From Patescibacteria group bacterium (GTDB lineage Bacteria > Patescibacteriota > 4484-211), in contig JAHJGY010000070.1 in NCBI GenBank assembly GCA_018824115.1, positions 1,632 through 65,631 of the forward strand: a stretch of 64,000 nt of DNA. The letters are read 5' to 3'. The position numbers and the translations under genes are program-made. Numbering within the stretch: the stretch's first letter is position 1; the number at the start of each line of letters is the position of its first letter. The notes below the pieces were generated by a model. It did not search any database. It was not told the DNA's origin and was given only the letters and a program-made list of their open reading frames with translations. Shown piece after piece: positions 48,774 to 58,440 of the stretch.

Positions 48774-50569
48774 TTTTTCTCCAGTGTTGCCTTTATCCTT
48801 CTTATTCCTTTCCCAACACTTTCTTCTTTAATAATTTTAAAATACCCTAATTCTGATGTATTAGCAACATGGGGTCCGCCACAGAGCTCTTTAGAAAAGT
48901 TATTAATTTTGTACATCGTCACCTGGTCAACTTCTTTGTATTTGTCTCTAAATAAAGCAATAGCTCCTTGCTTAACTGCCTCGTGGAATGTAGTTTCCAC
49001 TTTTGTTACCGAGAGGCCTTTTTGGATTTGCTGGTTAACAATTTTTTCTACTTTACGAATTTCTTTCGGGTCAAGTTTGCGATCAAAAGTAAAGTCGAAT
49101 CTCAATCGCTCTGGTACTAGGCTCTGACCAGCTTGTTTTACTTGACTACCGAGTACTTCTGTTAAAGCCTGGTGCATTAGGTGAGTTGCGGTATGCAGGG
49201 GTGCGATTTCTTCATTAGCGTATTCTTGCACTTTGCCGAATTTGCCTTCGGCTCCCTTGCGTGATAGGTCCTGGTGTTTTTTGTAGGCAGCTTGATAAGA
49301 TTCTTTGTCAATAATAATACCGTGGTTTTCAGCAATTTCTTTCTGTGTTTCTAGCGGCACGCCATAGGTGGCTTCGATGTCAAAGGCTATTTCACCGGGG
49401 AAGACCGCCGCTTTTCCTTTGCCCTGCCCAACGATAGTGGCTAAGCTTGCTTCGAGAACACCTAACCCTTTTTTAAGGGTCTTAAGGAAGTTTTCATGCT
49501 CGTTTTGTAGTACTGCAATAATATCTTGATCCTTGATTTCCGGGTAGAAAGACCCGTAGATGTTGGTGATTGATTGATGCAGTCGTTCGTAGAGATCTTC
49601 TAGCTTAATCTTTAAAAAGATCTGATGGGTAATTGCCCTGCGGATAAGTCGCCGTAAAATGTAACCTTCTCGTTTGTTCGATGGTACAACTCCGTCACCG
49701 ATGAGGAAAAAAGCGGCCCGTAAATGATCGGCGACGATTCTTACCGAACGGGTTTGCGCTGTGGTTAAAGAATCGATATTAAGCGTGGATGTGATTTCCG
49801 TGATTAAGGGTGAGAAGAGATCGGTCTCGTAGTTACTCTCCTTACTTTGTAAAACTGCGGCAAAACGTTCTAAGCCGGCCCCAGTGTCAACACTGAGAAA
49901 GGGAAGCTCCTCGAATTCGGTTTCGCTTTTACGATTATATTGCATAAAAACACCTGCGTTCCAAATTTCGTAGAAGCGGCCACATTCACAATTCGGATTG
50001 CATTCTATTCCGCAGGAATATTTTACTCCTCGATCGTACAAGACTTCGGTGCAGGGTCCACAGGGGCCAGTTGGCCCAGAGACCCAGAGATTTTCGGAGG
50101 CGGGGAGTTTAAGGATATGTTCGTCAGGTATTCCGATGGACTTCCAGTGGCTGATGGTTTCGGTATCGGCCGGAATGTAGTCATCGCCGGCAAAAACAGT
50201 GGCGTATAGTTTGTCTGGTTCGAGGTTAAACCCTTCCTGCGAAGTGAGCAGTTCCCAGGCGAGTTCAACCGCCATCTTTTTACCGTAATCTCCAATCGAC
50301 CAACTGCCAAACATTTCAAAAAAGGTATGGTGGTGAGGATCACCAACGCATTCAATGTCCTCTGTACGGACACACTTTTGAATGTTGGTTAATCGGGGGT
50401 GCGGCGGTTTTTCTTCGCCGGTGAAGTAGGGTTTAATTGGCGCCATGCCGGAGTTAACTAGGAGTAGCGTTGGGTCGTTTTTGGCTACCAAATTGGCCGA
50501 ACCAATATTTTGGTGATTATGCTTTTCGAAAAATTCAATAAAGCGTTTGCGGATTTCTGTGTGTGTCAT
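48770..50569 (-). CDS. alaS: Alanyl-tRNA synthetase (compact, 599 aa; catalytic and editing cores present, C-Ala domain absent)
   Basis: N-terminus FFEKHNH...NDPTLLLVNSGM...HHTFFEM; editing-domain HTATHLMHQAL and CGGPH zinc motifs. Confidence 0.9.
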   Translation of the reverse strand: MTHTEIRKRFIEFFEKHNHQNIGSANLVAKNDPTLLLVNSGMAPIKPYFTGEEKPPHPRLTNIQKCVRTEDIECVGDPHHHTFFEMFGSWSIGDYGKKMAVELAWELLTSQEGFNLEPDKLYATVFAGDDYIPADTETISHWKSIGIPDEHILKLPASENLWVSGPTGPCGPCTEVLYDRGVKYSCGIECNPNCECGRFYEIWNAGVFMQYNRKSETEFEELPFLSVDTGAGLERFAAVLQSKESNYETDLFSPLITEITSTLNIDSLTTAQTRSVRIVADHLRAAFFLIGDGVVPSNKREGYILRRLIRRAITHQIFLKIKLEDLYERLHQSITNIYGSFYPEIKDQDIIAVLQNEHENFLKTLKKGLGVLEASLATIVGQGKGKAAVFPGEIAFDIEATYGVPLETQKEIAENHGIIIDKESYQAAYKKHQDLSRKGAEGKFGKVQEYANEEIAPLHTATHLMHQALTEVLGSQVKQAGQSLVPERLRFDFTFDRKLDPKEIRKVEKIVNQQIQKGLSVTKVETTFHEAVKQGAIALFRDKYKEVDQVTMYKINNFSKELCGGPHVANTSELGYFKIIKEESVGKGIRRIKATLEKK

Positions 50570-50667
50570 TCAATGAGGCTCAAAAATTGCGAGTGTAGCG
50601 AAGCAATTTTAGTTAGCCGAATTAATCCGCCTAAATATGCCGTAGGCATTTTTGGCGTGATGATGTC

Positions 50668-50696
50668 ATTATACAAAGGGAATCGCAATGTTACAA
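50668..50696 (-). promoter_or_regulatory. alaS promoter (minus strand TTGTAA-17-TATAAT), ~95 nt leader
   Basis: Read on the reverse complement: ttgtaacattgcgattccctttgtataat. Confidence 0.4.
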
Positions 50697-50879
50697 GGAG
50701 AAAATAATGAAAAAGGTGGTATTTGGGGTTTTGGGAAGTGCGAAATGCGGGGCTAGGTGTCGGAAAATCGCTGATGCTGGCGCCCGCCTATTTTTGATTC
50801 TTTAAAAAGAATTTTGAGGCGGGCCGCTTGCTTTGCAGGAAAAGTAGTGCGGTAGAAGTTATTTTTCTGCAAAGCTTAA

Positions 50880-51590
50880 GTGAGTGGGATTAGTTGTGAT
50901 CCCAGCTCCTTTTTTCAAGCTTGCCTGCCAAGTCGGCAGGCTTGCCCGCCGGATTGGCGGGCAATGCTCGGTACCGGTTGGTGCCGAGGTTTGTTCTCCC
51001 ACCGCAGTATTGATGGGAGAAGAGTTGATAAGGAAGTTCATGAGGTCGGAGCTTTGACATGCCCACCTCGAGGGTTCCTTAGCCCTTTACGCCAGTCCGT
51101 CACCACAGGCCTTTTAAGGCGTTACCTGCGGTCCCAGGTCCTTGGGGAAGTCAGGTCCATTCCGATAATTATCGGAATCCCGCCCCGTTAGGGCGAGTCT
51201 TCCCAGAACAGCATTCCTGAGTTTGTCGTGGTTCCCCGATCTACAATCGAGGGCTGTTCCCACACCACTATTGCTAACGCCTCCTTTTGGACTTTAGGAG
51301 TACGCCCTGCGGCTAAGTGATGCCGTCACATTTTGCTCTCACGAGCGAGCTGTGGCCAGCTCTTGGTTCTGGAGATGTTGTCCCTTACGGAGCCTATTGG
51401 CTCCGTCCTTCACTACAAACAAGCCCAAAGGACTTGCTGGAAGGAAGGGATTCCCTTAGCTCCGAAAGGGGCTGCTACCCGGGCCCACCATGGGCTCGAC
51501 AGGATGCAGTCTTTTTGAGATTTTGGCTTGCGTTCATCCCGATTCGCGGGATACGCCTTACCCCGAATCCCACGGGGCTACAAATGTTCT
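50880..51590. ncRNA. Candidate large structured non-coding RNA (~700 nt, GC-rich, hairpin-dense, no ORF); identity unknown
   Basis: A series of perfect hairpins (gcctgcc-aagtc-ggcaggc; ttgcccgcc-gga-ttggcgggcaa; ttccgataat/tatcggaa; tctccca...tgggaga; ggagcc-tatt-ggctcc); only short GC-biased ORFs without an SD sequence. Confidence 0.3.
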
Positions 51591-51885
51591 AAAAGAAACC
51601 GGAGAATATGACTAGCCATATTCCGGCGATCGCCAGGATGCATCCGGCGAGTATGAGTACCCTCCGGAGTTTACGTCCCTGGCGCAGATGGTGGAATCCT
51701 CGATCCTCAAATCCTAGAGAGATTCCCTCATCGATCGCTGCCTTTAGGCCTAGGACTAGTCCTAAGCCTAACAGGGCGAGCCCGCCACCGGCGGCGATAC
51801 CGAGTTCTTGGTTGTCGGTGACAGCTGTTATCAGCGCCCCGGCGATTAGGCCGAGGATCAGCCAAAGAGCCGCTAGCTTAGACAT
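51589..51885 (-). CDS. Small membrane protein (2-3 TM, Gly/Ala/Leu-rich), GC-rich
   Basis: ORF; start trimmed to the internal M (MSKLAALWLILG) to give an 8-nt overlap with the upstream CSD gene. Confidence 0.45.
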   Translation of the reverse strand: MSKLAALWLILGLIAGALITAVTDNQELGIAAGGGLALLGLGLVLGLKAAIDEGISLGFEDRGFHHLRQGRKLRRVLILAGCILAIAGIWLVIFSGFF

Positions 51886-52558
51886 CGTTACCTCCCTTGA
51901 AAAGCACTTCGAGTGCCCGCTCGACCCAGAGGTCGATGTTGCGGACATCTAGCCTTTCTTTCCCCCCTAGAATTACTGGGGGATAGGGTTTTCCGTCATC
52001 GACCACTCGCCACGGGGCGGGGTACTCGGCGGGGTGGAAGAACCAGTAAGCGGCGCCGTTTTCCAGGACGCGCTCATCAGTTCTCCAGATTTCCCCAGAC
52101 TTGGCCGTCCAAGCCGTGCTTCCGACGGGGTATGGCTTGGCTGCCACCCAATGATCTCCTTTGCGGAAAATGAGATAGTCGTCATTTTCCATCATAAGCT
52201 CCCACCCGCGGTGAGCAAAAGCTGCCTTGATACCTTTGACAATTTCTTCTTCTCCGAGAGCGAGGGCGATTTCACTAGCTCTGTGGGGTGGGACCTCGAT
52301 AGTTCCGTTTGCATCACGGGGGAGGTTTCTCGGCCTCACATTGTGAGCAACGGCCCCATTCCGGCCATGGCCAACTGTGAAGGTCACTTGCGTGCCCTTC
52401 AGGTTATCTTCGGCGACAATTGCTCGCACACCACCGATGTGGTGGTGGTTTACGAAGATATCGGGCCCATCATCTTGGCTGATGAACCCGTAACCGGATT
52501 TGCCCCGGCGGTCGGGGCGGTCCCTTGTGAAAAAAACCTTAATGGTTCCGGTAGGCAT
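51878..52558 (-). CDS. Cold-shock-domain fusion protein (N-terminal CSD + ~160-aa uncharacterised C-terminal domain), GC-rich
   Basis: GTIKVFFTRDRPDRRGKSGYGFISQDDGPDIFVNHHHI resembles the CspA RNP1/RNP2 fold (KGFGFI...VFVH). Confidence 0.65.
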   Translation of the reverse strand: MPTGTIKVFFTRDRPDRRGKSGYGFISQDDGPDIFVNHHHIGGVRAIVAEDNLKGTQVTFTVGHGRNGAVAHNVRPRNLPRDANGTIEVPPHRASEIALALGEEEIVKGIKAAFAHRGWELMMENDDYLIFRKGDHWVAAKPYPVGSTAWTAKSGEIWRTDERVLENGAAYWFFHPAEYPAPWRVVDDGKPYPPVILGGKERLDVRNIDLWVERALEVLFKGGNDV

Positions 52559-53153
52559 CTTGCACCTCCTTTTTAGGTGTGGCGGCGGTTCCGAGCTGCC
52601 AACTTGGAAGATGCCAACGCCGCGATTGGTTTTCCCTGCGCAAGGCAGATAAGTGCAGAGAAAACGTTAACCAGTAAAAACTAAGGACTTATCGTCCACC
52701 TCCTTTCCCTGCCTCTGGCAGGACTAAAAAAAACAAATACGCCCCACGATTGGGGAGTAAAAGAAAAGCAATGTCAAATGTCAAAACGGCATTACTTCTC
52801 ATCTACTCCTCAATACTAGAGGGTATACGCAAGAAGGGGGGCTGTTCTTTGTTGATGGTATTAACGTGCAAAGCTCCACGTAACTACCTAAAGTATAGCA
52901 TAAAACTATCGGATTGCAAGTTGAATAAGCTTATAGGGGGCTGATGTGGAGGCGATTAGTTAGTAGGGGCGATTTGCTTTCACCCTGCGTAAAGGTCAGT
53001 GAGGGGACTTTTTATGATACGGCGCGGTATAAATTCCGCTACTACACCAACTGAATTGGGTATGTCTAAAGAGTTCTATCCGACTGTTTTTTCTATAAAT
53101 CCTTTAATTAGAGCGGTTTTCTCGGGGCGGGTAGTAGCTAAGGGTGCTAGTTC

Positions 53154-53504
53154 TTAAATCCCCCTAAAGAAACGGAGCTTTTTGGAAGGGGGTTTCGATT
53201 TTTTGGTTGTTGCGCCTGCTTTTTCCTCCGGTTTTATTTCGGCAGGCGTGTCTTCGGCGGTTTCTGGTTCTGCAGCTATTTGTGAGGCTTTATCCCAAGA
53301 TGCTTTTAGATTATTAGCAACCTTCTGTGATTCTTGCAGGACTTTATCAAAGTCCTTCTTGAATTTTTCCCCTTTGGACTTAAGCTGGTGGCGCAGTTTT
53401 TTGCCGGTTTGGGGCATATACAGCAGTACTGCGGCCGCACCCACTGCACCGCCAATTAAGGTCCCTAAAAGAAAACCTTTAAATGAGGATCTATTATTTC
53501 TCAT
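53154..53504 (-). CDS. YtxH-like small membrane-anchored protein
   Basis: N-terminal TM GFLLGTLIGGAVGAAAVLLY followed by a charged helical region. Confidence 0.5.
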   Translation of the reverse strand: MRNNRSSFKGFLLGTLIGGAVGAAAVLLYMPQTGKKLRHQLKSKGEKFKKDFDKVLQESQKVANNLKASWDKASQIAAEPETAEDTPAEIKPEEKAGATTKKSKPPSKKLRFFRGI

Positions 53505-53520
53505 GTTTTACTACTTACTA

Positions 53521-53814
53521 TTACTCAGTTTCCTCTTCAAATTCTTCACTTCCCTTGAAAAGCTGCCAGAGGCTTTTCCCGATGGCCACAATTGAGAGGG
53601 TCCCTTTTAGTTTTTCTAGTAGATCGCCGAATTGTTCCGCTCCGCTGGCAACACCACCGGTGACTTTTTCAAAGTCATCAAGAATAAGACTGAGCTTTTT
53701 TAGGTTTTGCCGGATATCTCTTAGCAGGAAGAAAATCTGTACCCCGATGATCGTTAGGGTGGTACCAAGAAGGAGGATCATTATTACGAGAAGGATTTGG
53801 GCAGTTGATTCCAT
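53521..53814 (-). CDS. DUF948-like small membrane-anchored stress protein
   Basis: N-terminal TM ILLVIMILLLGTTLTIIGVQIFFLL followed by a helical domain. Confidence 0.45.
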   Translation of the reverse strand: MESTAQILLVIMILLLGTTLTIIGVQIFFLLRDIRQNLKKLSLILDDFEKVTGGVASGAEQFGDLLEKLKGTLSIVAIGKSLWQLFKGSEEFEEETE

Positions 53815-53924
53815 TCAATGACCCCGATGTCACTTCGGGGGAACTAATCCGCCACAACCCCGCCTGTCAAGGGACGAAGGTGGACGGGCGACTAAGGGAA
53901 ATCTAACATATTAATATAAACGGG

Positions 53925-54563
53925 TCAAGGTTGAGAATTGACTACTTCTACCTGCCTGGTTACGGTGACTTCTTTTCCTACTTTACTGCGCGCCGTAATT
54001 GTAAGATGGTTGATACCAGGGTCGAGTCCGATAACTACAGCAAATGATCCTTGGGCTGAGACTTTTGATTCCTGGCCGTTAATATAGATTTTGGCTTCCG
54101 GGTCGGTTTTCCCTGTTATTTCAATGTAATCCTGGTATATTGTTGTCTGAGCGGCTGGCGAGGTTACAACTAAGAGTGGTTTTCCTACGTAATTGCGATA
54201 CTGCCAAAAGAGGAAAGTTAAAAAAATTAGAATTGCCAGAGAAATAAAAGCTCCAATGATAATATTCGGCGTTAATGAGAAAGAAAACTTTTTTAGTGGT
54301 TGTGGCGGCGTTGAAGATTGAATTTTTTGCTGGCGGTATTCTCGGCGGAAGAGGGCTAGGGCTCTTTGTTCGTTGATTTCCAGTAAATTGGCGTAGCTCT
54401 TAATTACGCCTTTTATATATACTTCGGCAGGCAGGTTATTGTAATCACTTTCCTCGATTGATTTAGCGAAAGAGGAGCTAATATTGAGTCGTTCGGCTGT
54501 TCCTTCTAAGGTTAAATTTTTACTCTGGCGTGTTTCTTTGAAGAGTTGGCCAACTGTTTTCAT
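53925..54563 (-). CDS. RodZ-like cytoskeleton protein (HTH + TM + C-terminal DUF4115-like)
   Basis: N-terminal HTH (GQLFKETRQSKNLTLEGTAERLNIS), a single TM, and a C-terminal beta domain. Confidence 0.6.
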   Translation of the reverse strand: MKTVGQLFKETRQSKNLTLEGTAERLNISSSFAKSIEESDYNNLPAEVYIKGVIKSYANLLEINEQRALALFRREYRQQKIQSSTPPQPLKKFSFSLTPNIIIGAFISLAILIFLTFLFWQYRNYVGKPLLVVTSPAAQTTIYQDYIEITGKTDPEAKIYINGQESKVSAQGSFAVVIGLDPGINHLTITARSKVGKEVTVTRQVEVVNSQP

Positions 54564-56830
54564 AGGGCGGGATTTTGCACATCAGCAGTCGGCCCCTTAA
54601 GGTATTCTTGGGCCCTTATGGCGAAGACTTCTCGAGGCTTTGAACCATCTTTGGTACTAACAATTCTGGCTTCCTCTAATTCGTCCAGGAGACGGGCGGC
54701 GCGGGCGTAACCGATACTTAGACGTCGCTGAAGCAAGGAAGCCGAAGCTCGTTTGTGATTAAGAATTATTCTAACGGCCTCTTTGAACAGAGGGTCTTTG
54801 TCATCATCGACAACTGCAGAAGTAATGATTTGGCTTTCGGGTTGTCTAAGAGTATCCTCGTCCGAGACGGAGATGTCTGGAGAGTAGTTCGCGTTTTCCG
54901 TACGGATGAAGTTTAATAGATCCCTAATTTCTTTTGGTGAAACAAATACGCCTTGGATACGAATTGGTTTAGCTCGATCCGGCGGCAAATAGAGCATGTC
55001 ACCCCGCCCGAGTAGTTTTTCTGCTCCGGTAGAATCGATAATTACGCGGGAGTCAGTATTTGATGAAACATTAAGAGCAATACGGGCGGGAATATTAGCT
55101 TTAATTAACCCGGTGAGGACATCAACGCTTGGCCTTTGAGTGGAGAGAACAAGATGGATGCCTGTAGCTCGTGACATCTGGGCAATTCGGCAAATAAGAC
55201 GTTCGACTTCGTTGGCGGCTAGAGCCATGATATCCGCCAGCTCATCGACGATAATAATGACGTAAGGAATTTTGCTGTCTTTATTAGCCTGGTTGTACGT
55301 GTCGATGTCCCGAACCCTTGCTTTCTGAAGTTTTTCATATCGCTTTTCCATTTCCGCCACGGACCATTTGAGTGCTGGGACAACTTTGTCGGCTTGTGTA
55401 ATAACCGGGGTGAGTAAATGTGGGATATCATCGTACTGGGTTAGTTCTACGCGTTTTGGGTCAACGAGGATAAGTTTTAGTTCCTGGGGTGAGTTTTTAA
55501 ATAATAGGGTGCTGACAAAAGTGTGTAGTAGAACGGATTTACCGCTACCTGTGGCGCCGGCAATAAGTACATGCGGCCATTTAGTAATGTTAGCAACAAT
55601 TGTTTTTCCAGCCACGTCAAGTCCAAGGGGCAGAGTTAAATTAGAACTAGATTTTTGCATTGGCCCCGAGGTGAGAACGGAGCTTAGAGAGACAGTAGCA
55701 GCCGATTTGTTTGGAACTTCTACCCCAATTAGCGATCTCCCAGGTATTGGAGCTTCAATACGTACTGTTCCGGTTGTGGTTGCCAGAGCCAAGGCTAAGT
55801 CGTTTTGCAGGGCGATAACACGCGAGACTTTTGTTCCTTCGGCTAGGTCGAGCGCATATTGAGTGACGGTAGGTCCCAGGTTAACTTCTGCGACCCCAGC
55901 TTCAATACCAAAACTTTTAAGAGTTTGTCTGATAATCAGTGCATTTTCCTCAATATCTCCTCGGTCTACGGTTGTATCCTGAATGTCGCTAAGCAGAGAG
56001 GTTGGTGGATATTGCCAATCGTTCAAAAGTGCTGCACTTGAGCGGTCTGATTCCAAAACGGGATCTTTTGGGAGATTGCTTGCGGGTTCAGTTGTTCCAG
56101 CAGTTTCCTCCTCGATTGTAATTTCTTCAATTGGCCTTGTTGTTTCCAGATGACTTTTTCTCGTGGGGGTTTTGGGCTGGATAGTTTTGATATTTTTACC
56201 TAGGCCGCCGTTAATCTTTATATTGTCAATTGCGGCTTCTTTGTTGGAGATGTCTATGGATTCAGCTGCGTGCTGAGAGCGGCGTTGTTTAAGGTTTTCC
56301 TCCCATTGATCAATAAGGTTTGCTTTAAACCAAGCAGTTAAAGTTTTGCTGGCGTTCATACCGATGGATATGATTTTTTCCCATGGTGAGCTGGTGATGA
56401 TCTGGAAAGAGATGATAATTGTTACCAGAAGAATAAGAAAAGTGCCGATGGGGGTGAATAACTGGTTTAGATTATTGACGAGTAGAGCTCCCAGCGTACC
56501 TCCACCTGTGGGAGAGATGAGCGCGGTGATACCTAGCAAGCTGAGGAGAGTTAACGATGATCCAATAAGAAAACGCAGGTTAGGTGACACTTCTTTAAAA
56601 CCTAGGAAGTAGAATCCAGTAAGGATAGAAAGGAAGGGGAAAAAAAGTATACCCCAGCCCCAAAAATCTTTAAGCTGCTGAGAAAAACCGTTTAGAATTG
56701 ACCGAGTGAGGCCAAAAATGGAAAAGATGGAAATGATGCCCAGAATAATTAAACCAATAGCAAGGATTGTTAGGGGTTCTGGCTTGTTGAGTTTGAATTT
56801 CGATCGTCGGCGCCGTTTTCGTCTGGCCAT
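54560..56830 (-). CDS. ftsK: DNA translocase FtsK/SpoIIIE
   Basis: N-terminal 4-TM domain; motor Walker A GATGSGKS; C-terminal gamma (winged-helix) domain. Confidence 0.85.
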   Translation of the reverse strand: MARRKRRRRSKFKLNKPEPLTILAIGLIILGIISIFSIFGLTRSILNGFSQQLKDFWGWGILFFPFLSILTGFYFLGFKEVSPNLRFLIGSSLTLLSLLGITALISPTGGGTLGALLVNNLNQLFTPIGTFLILLVTIIISFQIITSSPWEKIISIGMNASKTLTAWFKANLIDQWEENLKQRRSQHAAESIDISNKEAAIDNIKINGGLGKNIKTIQPKTPTRKSHLETTRPIEEITIEEETAGTTEPASNLPKDPVLESDRSSAALLNDWQYPPTSLLSDIQDTTVDRGDIEENALIIRQTLKSFGIEAGVAEVNLGPTVTQYALDLAEGTKVSRVIALQNDLALALATTTGTVRIEAPIPGRSLIGVEVPNKSAATVSLSSVLTSGPMQKSSSNLTLPLGLDVAGKTIVANITKWPHVLIAGATGSGKSVLLHTFVSTLLFKNSPQELKLILVDPKRVELTQYDDIPHLLTPVITQADKVVPALKWSVAEMEKRYEKLQKARVRDIDTYNQANKDSKIPYVIIIVDELADIMALAANEVERLICRIAQMSRATGIHLVLSTQRPSVDVLTGLIKANIPARIALNVSSNTDSRVIIDSTGAEKLLGRGDMLYLPPDRAKPIRIQGVFVSPKEIRDLLNFIRTENANYSPDISVSDEDTLRQPESQIITSAVVDDDKDPLFKEAVRIILNHKRASASLLQRRLSIGYARAARLLDELEEARIVSTKDGSKPREVFAIRAQEYLKGPTADVQNPAL

Positions 56831-56864
56831 GCTAGCATTATAGCAAATCGTGGTGGAGGGGAAG

Positions 56865-57827
56865 CTACATTTCCTCGAAGCCTAGATCAAGCAGCTTTAT
56901 CGCTGCAAGATTTCGGTAAGTAGCTCCGAGAACGATGGCTATGATCCTTCTGTTGTTTTTCGTTGCCGTAGCAATTAGGCAAGAGCCTGCTTCTTCGGTA
57001 TTACCGGGCTTGACGCCGTCGATGCCCTCATAAGCAAGCATTAGATCGTTAAAATTTCCGAAAAAAAGATATTTGTGATTCTCGGTGTGAGGGATTTCGT
57101 ATTGCCGAGAGGCTACAATCTGGTTGACCACAGGGTAACGCGTTAAGACGTAGTGAGAGAGAATTGCTAGGTCGTAGGCTGTTGAGTAGTTGTTTGAGCT
57201 ATCTAACCCCGAAGCATTAGCAAAGTGAGTGTTATTAAGACCGAGACTCTTGGCTTTGCGATTCATCCAGTATACGAATTGGTCTTCGGTTCCTGCAAGT
57301 CCGATAGCGAGTGTCTTGGCGGCGTCATTACCGGATGGGAGAAGCAATCCGTAAAGGAGTTCTTCTACGGAATAGATTTCTGTTGGTGTGACACCCATTA
57401 TGCTGGAGTCGGGAGGGAGTTCAGTAGCTTCGGGAGGAACGGTAATTGAGGTGTTTAAAGACGAATGGTCCAAAGTAACAGCCGCGGTCATTATTTTTGT
57501 TAAACTGGCAATTGGTAGTTGTTTGTGTGGGTTGAGAGAGTAGTGCACTGCCTGAGTATTGAAATCTATACTGAGCGCAGAACTAATTGCCTGCTGGAAG
57601 ATGTTAGCATCATTGACCGATGAGTGGTTTTCGATTTGTGGATTCCATAGATACCGGTAGGCCGGCTCGATGGATGAAATTCCCAATAGTTGAGAGTTGT
57701 GAGTTGTAGTGATCAACCAGGCGTACCTAAACAACCAAATCCAACAGCCGATTCCAATTAATAGAATTAGTCTGTATATAGGGCTGGGTTTTTGCTTGCT
57801 CTTAGTAATTAGACTCGATTGGAGCAC
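56865..57827 (-). CDS. D-alanyl-D-alanine carboxypeptidase (PBP5/DacA-like, S11 peptidase)
   Basis: SxxK (SLTKIMT), SGN (PSGNDAA) and KTG-like (KPGNTEEAG) motifs. Confidence 0.8.
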   Translation of the reverse strand: MLQSSLITKSKQKPSPIYRLILLIGIGCWIWLFRYAWLITTTHNSQLLGISSIEPAYRYLWNPQIENHSSVNDANIFQQAISSALSIDFNTQAVHYSLNPHKQLPIASLTKIMTAAVTLDHSSLNTSITVPPEATELPPDSSIMGVTPTEIYSVEELLYGLLLPSGNDAAKTLAIGLAGTEDQFVYWMNRKAKSLGLNNTHFANASGLDSSNNYSTAYDLAILSHYVLTRYPVVNQIVASRQYEIPHTENHKYLFFGNFNDLMLAYEGIDGVKPGNTEEAGSCLIATATKNNRRIIAIVLGATYRNLAAIKLLDLGFEEM

Positions 57828-57933
57828 TGTAATATTAAAACATAATTATGCAAATTGCATTTCATTTTTCTTTAAACCGGGGTTGTCATTCACGCTCTTG
57901 TCTGCTATAATGAGCCACGCTTTTGTCTAAAGT

Positions 57934-58155
57934 ATGGTTAGTAAAGAGAAAAAAATAGAGGATGTTGGGCAAGTGATAGAGAGCTTGCCCGATGTATTTT
58001 TTAAAGTAAAATTGGAGTCGGGGGAGGAAGTTCTTGCGCACGGTTCGGGTAAGATACGGAAGTACAGAATTCGCATCTTAGTTGGCGATCGTGTTAAAGT
58101 AGAGCGGTCCTCTTATGATTTGGCTCGAGGACGAATAGTATATAGATTTAAGTGA
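57934..58155 (+). CDS. infA: Translation initiation factor IF-1
   Basis: S1-like OB fold; [19 protein letters not shown]. Confidence 0.9.
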   Translation: MVSKEKKIEDVGQVIESLPDVFFKVKLESGEEVLAHGSGKIRKYRIRILVGDRVKVERSSYDLARGRIVYRFK

Positions 58156-58220
58156 GGGGTGTGTTATCTTGTTCTCCTTGTCCTGTCGGTACTCCTAGGA
58201 GATCCAATTGCTGGAAGATT

Positions 58221-58337
58221 ATGAAAGTTAGATCCTCGGTGAAAACATTTTGTGAGAGTTGCAAGATAGTCAGGCGCGCGCGAGTGTTGTACGTGATCTG
58301 TAAGCGAAATCCAAAGCATAAACAGAGACAAGGATGA
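58221..58337 (+). CDS. rpmJ: Ribosomal protein L36
   Basis: [28 protein letters not shown]...; 38 aa; start placed at the internal ATG of the ORF-track entry. Confidence 0.85.
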   Translation: MKVRSSVKTFCESCKIVRRARVLYVICKRNPKHKQRQG

Positions 58338-58440
58338 AAAGATAGCTGCTTAGCTTCATTAGCTTTTTAGAGATGGTAAGATATGCGGTTGAGAGACCTG
58401 ACGGTCTAATAAGCTAACGAAGCTAATAAGCTAGTTTGTA

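Noticed and set aside
50570-51590. T-box leader for alaS, or an rRNA/tmRNA/group II intron fragment
   Set aside because: alaS has its own promoter about 100 nt upstream of its ATG, and the structured block lies beyond a terminator-like hairpin further upstream. T-box (AGGGTGGNACCGCG), tmRNA termini, group II domain V and 23S signature strings were not found by eye.
50880-51592. Short plus-strand ORFs (50880..51191, 51317..51592, 51333..51518) inside the GC-rich structured region
   Set aside because: The translations are low-complexity with Pro/Arg/Gly bias typical of GC-rich non-coding sequence. There is no SD, and the region is dominated by hairpins.
2562-55862. Numerous antisense or embedded ORFs (for example 2562..2933-, 6707..7114-, 27948..28505+, 29481..30119+, 32795..33333-, 48331..48831+, 52034..52576+, 55368..55862+)
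   Set aside because: All lie inside confidently identified genes on the opposite strand or out of frame, and have biased, low-complexity translations.
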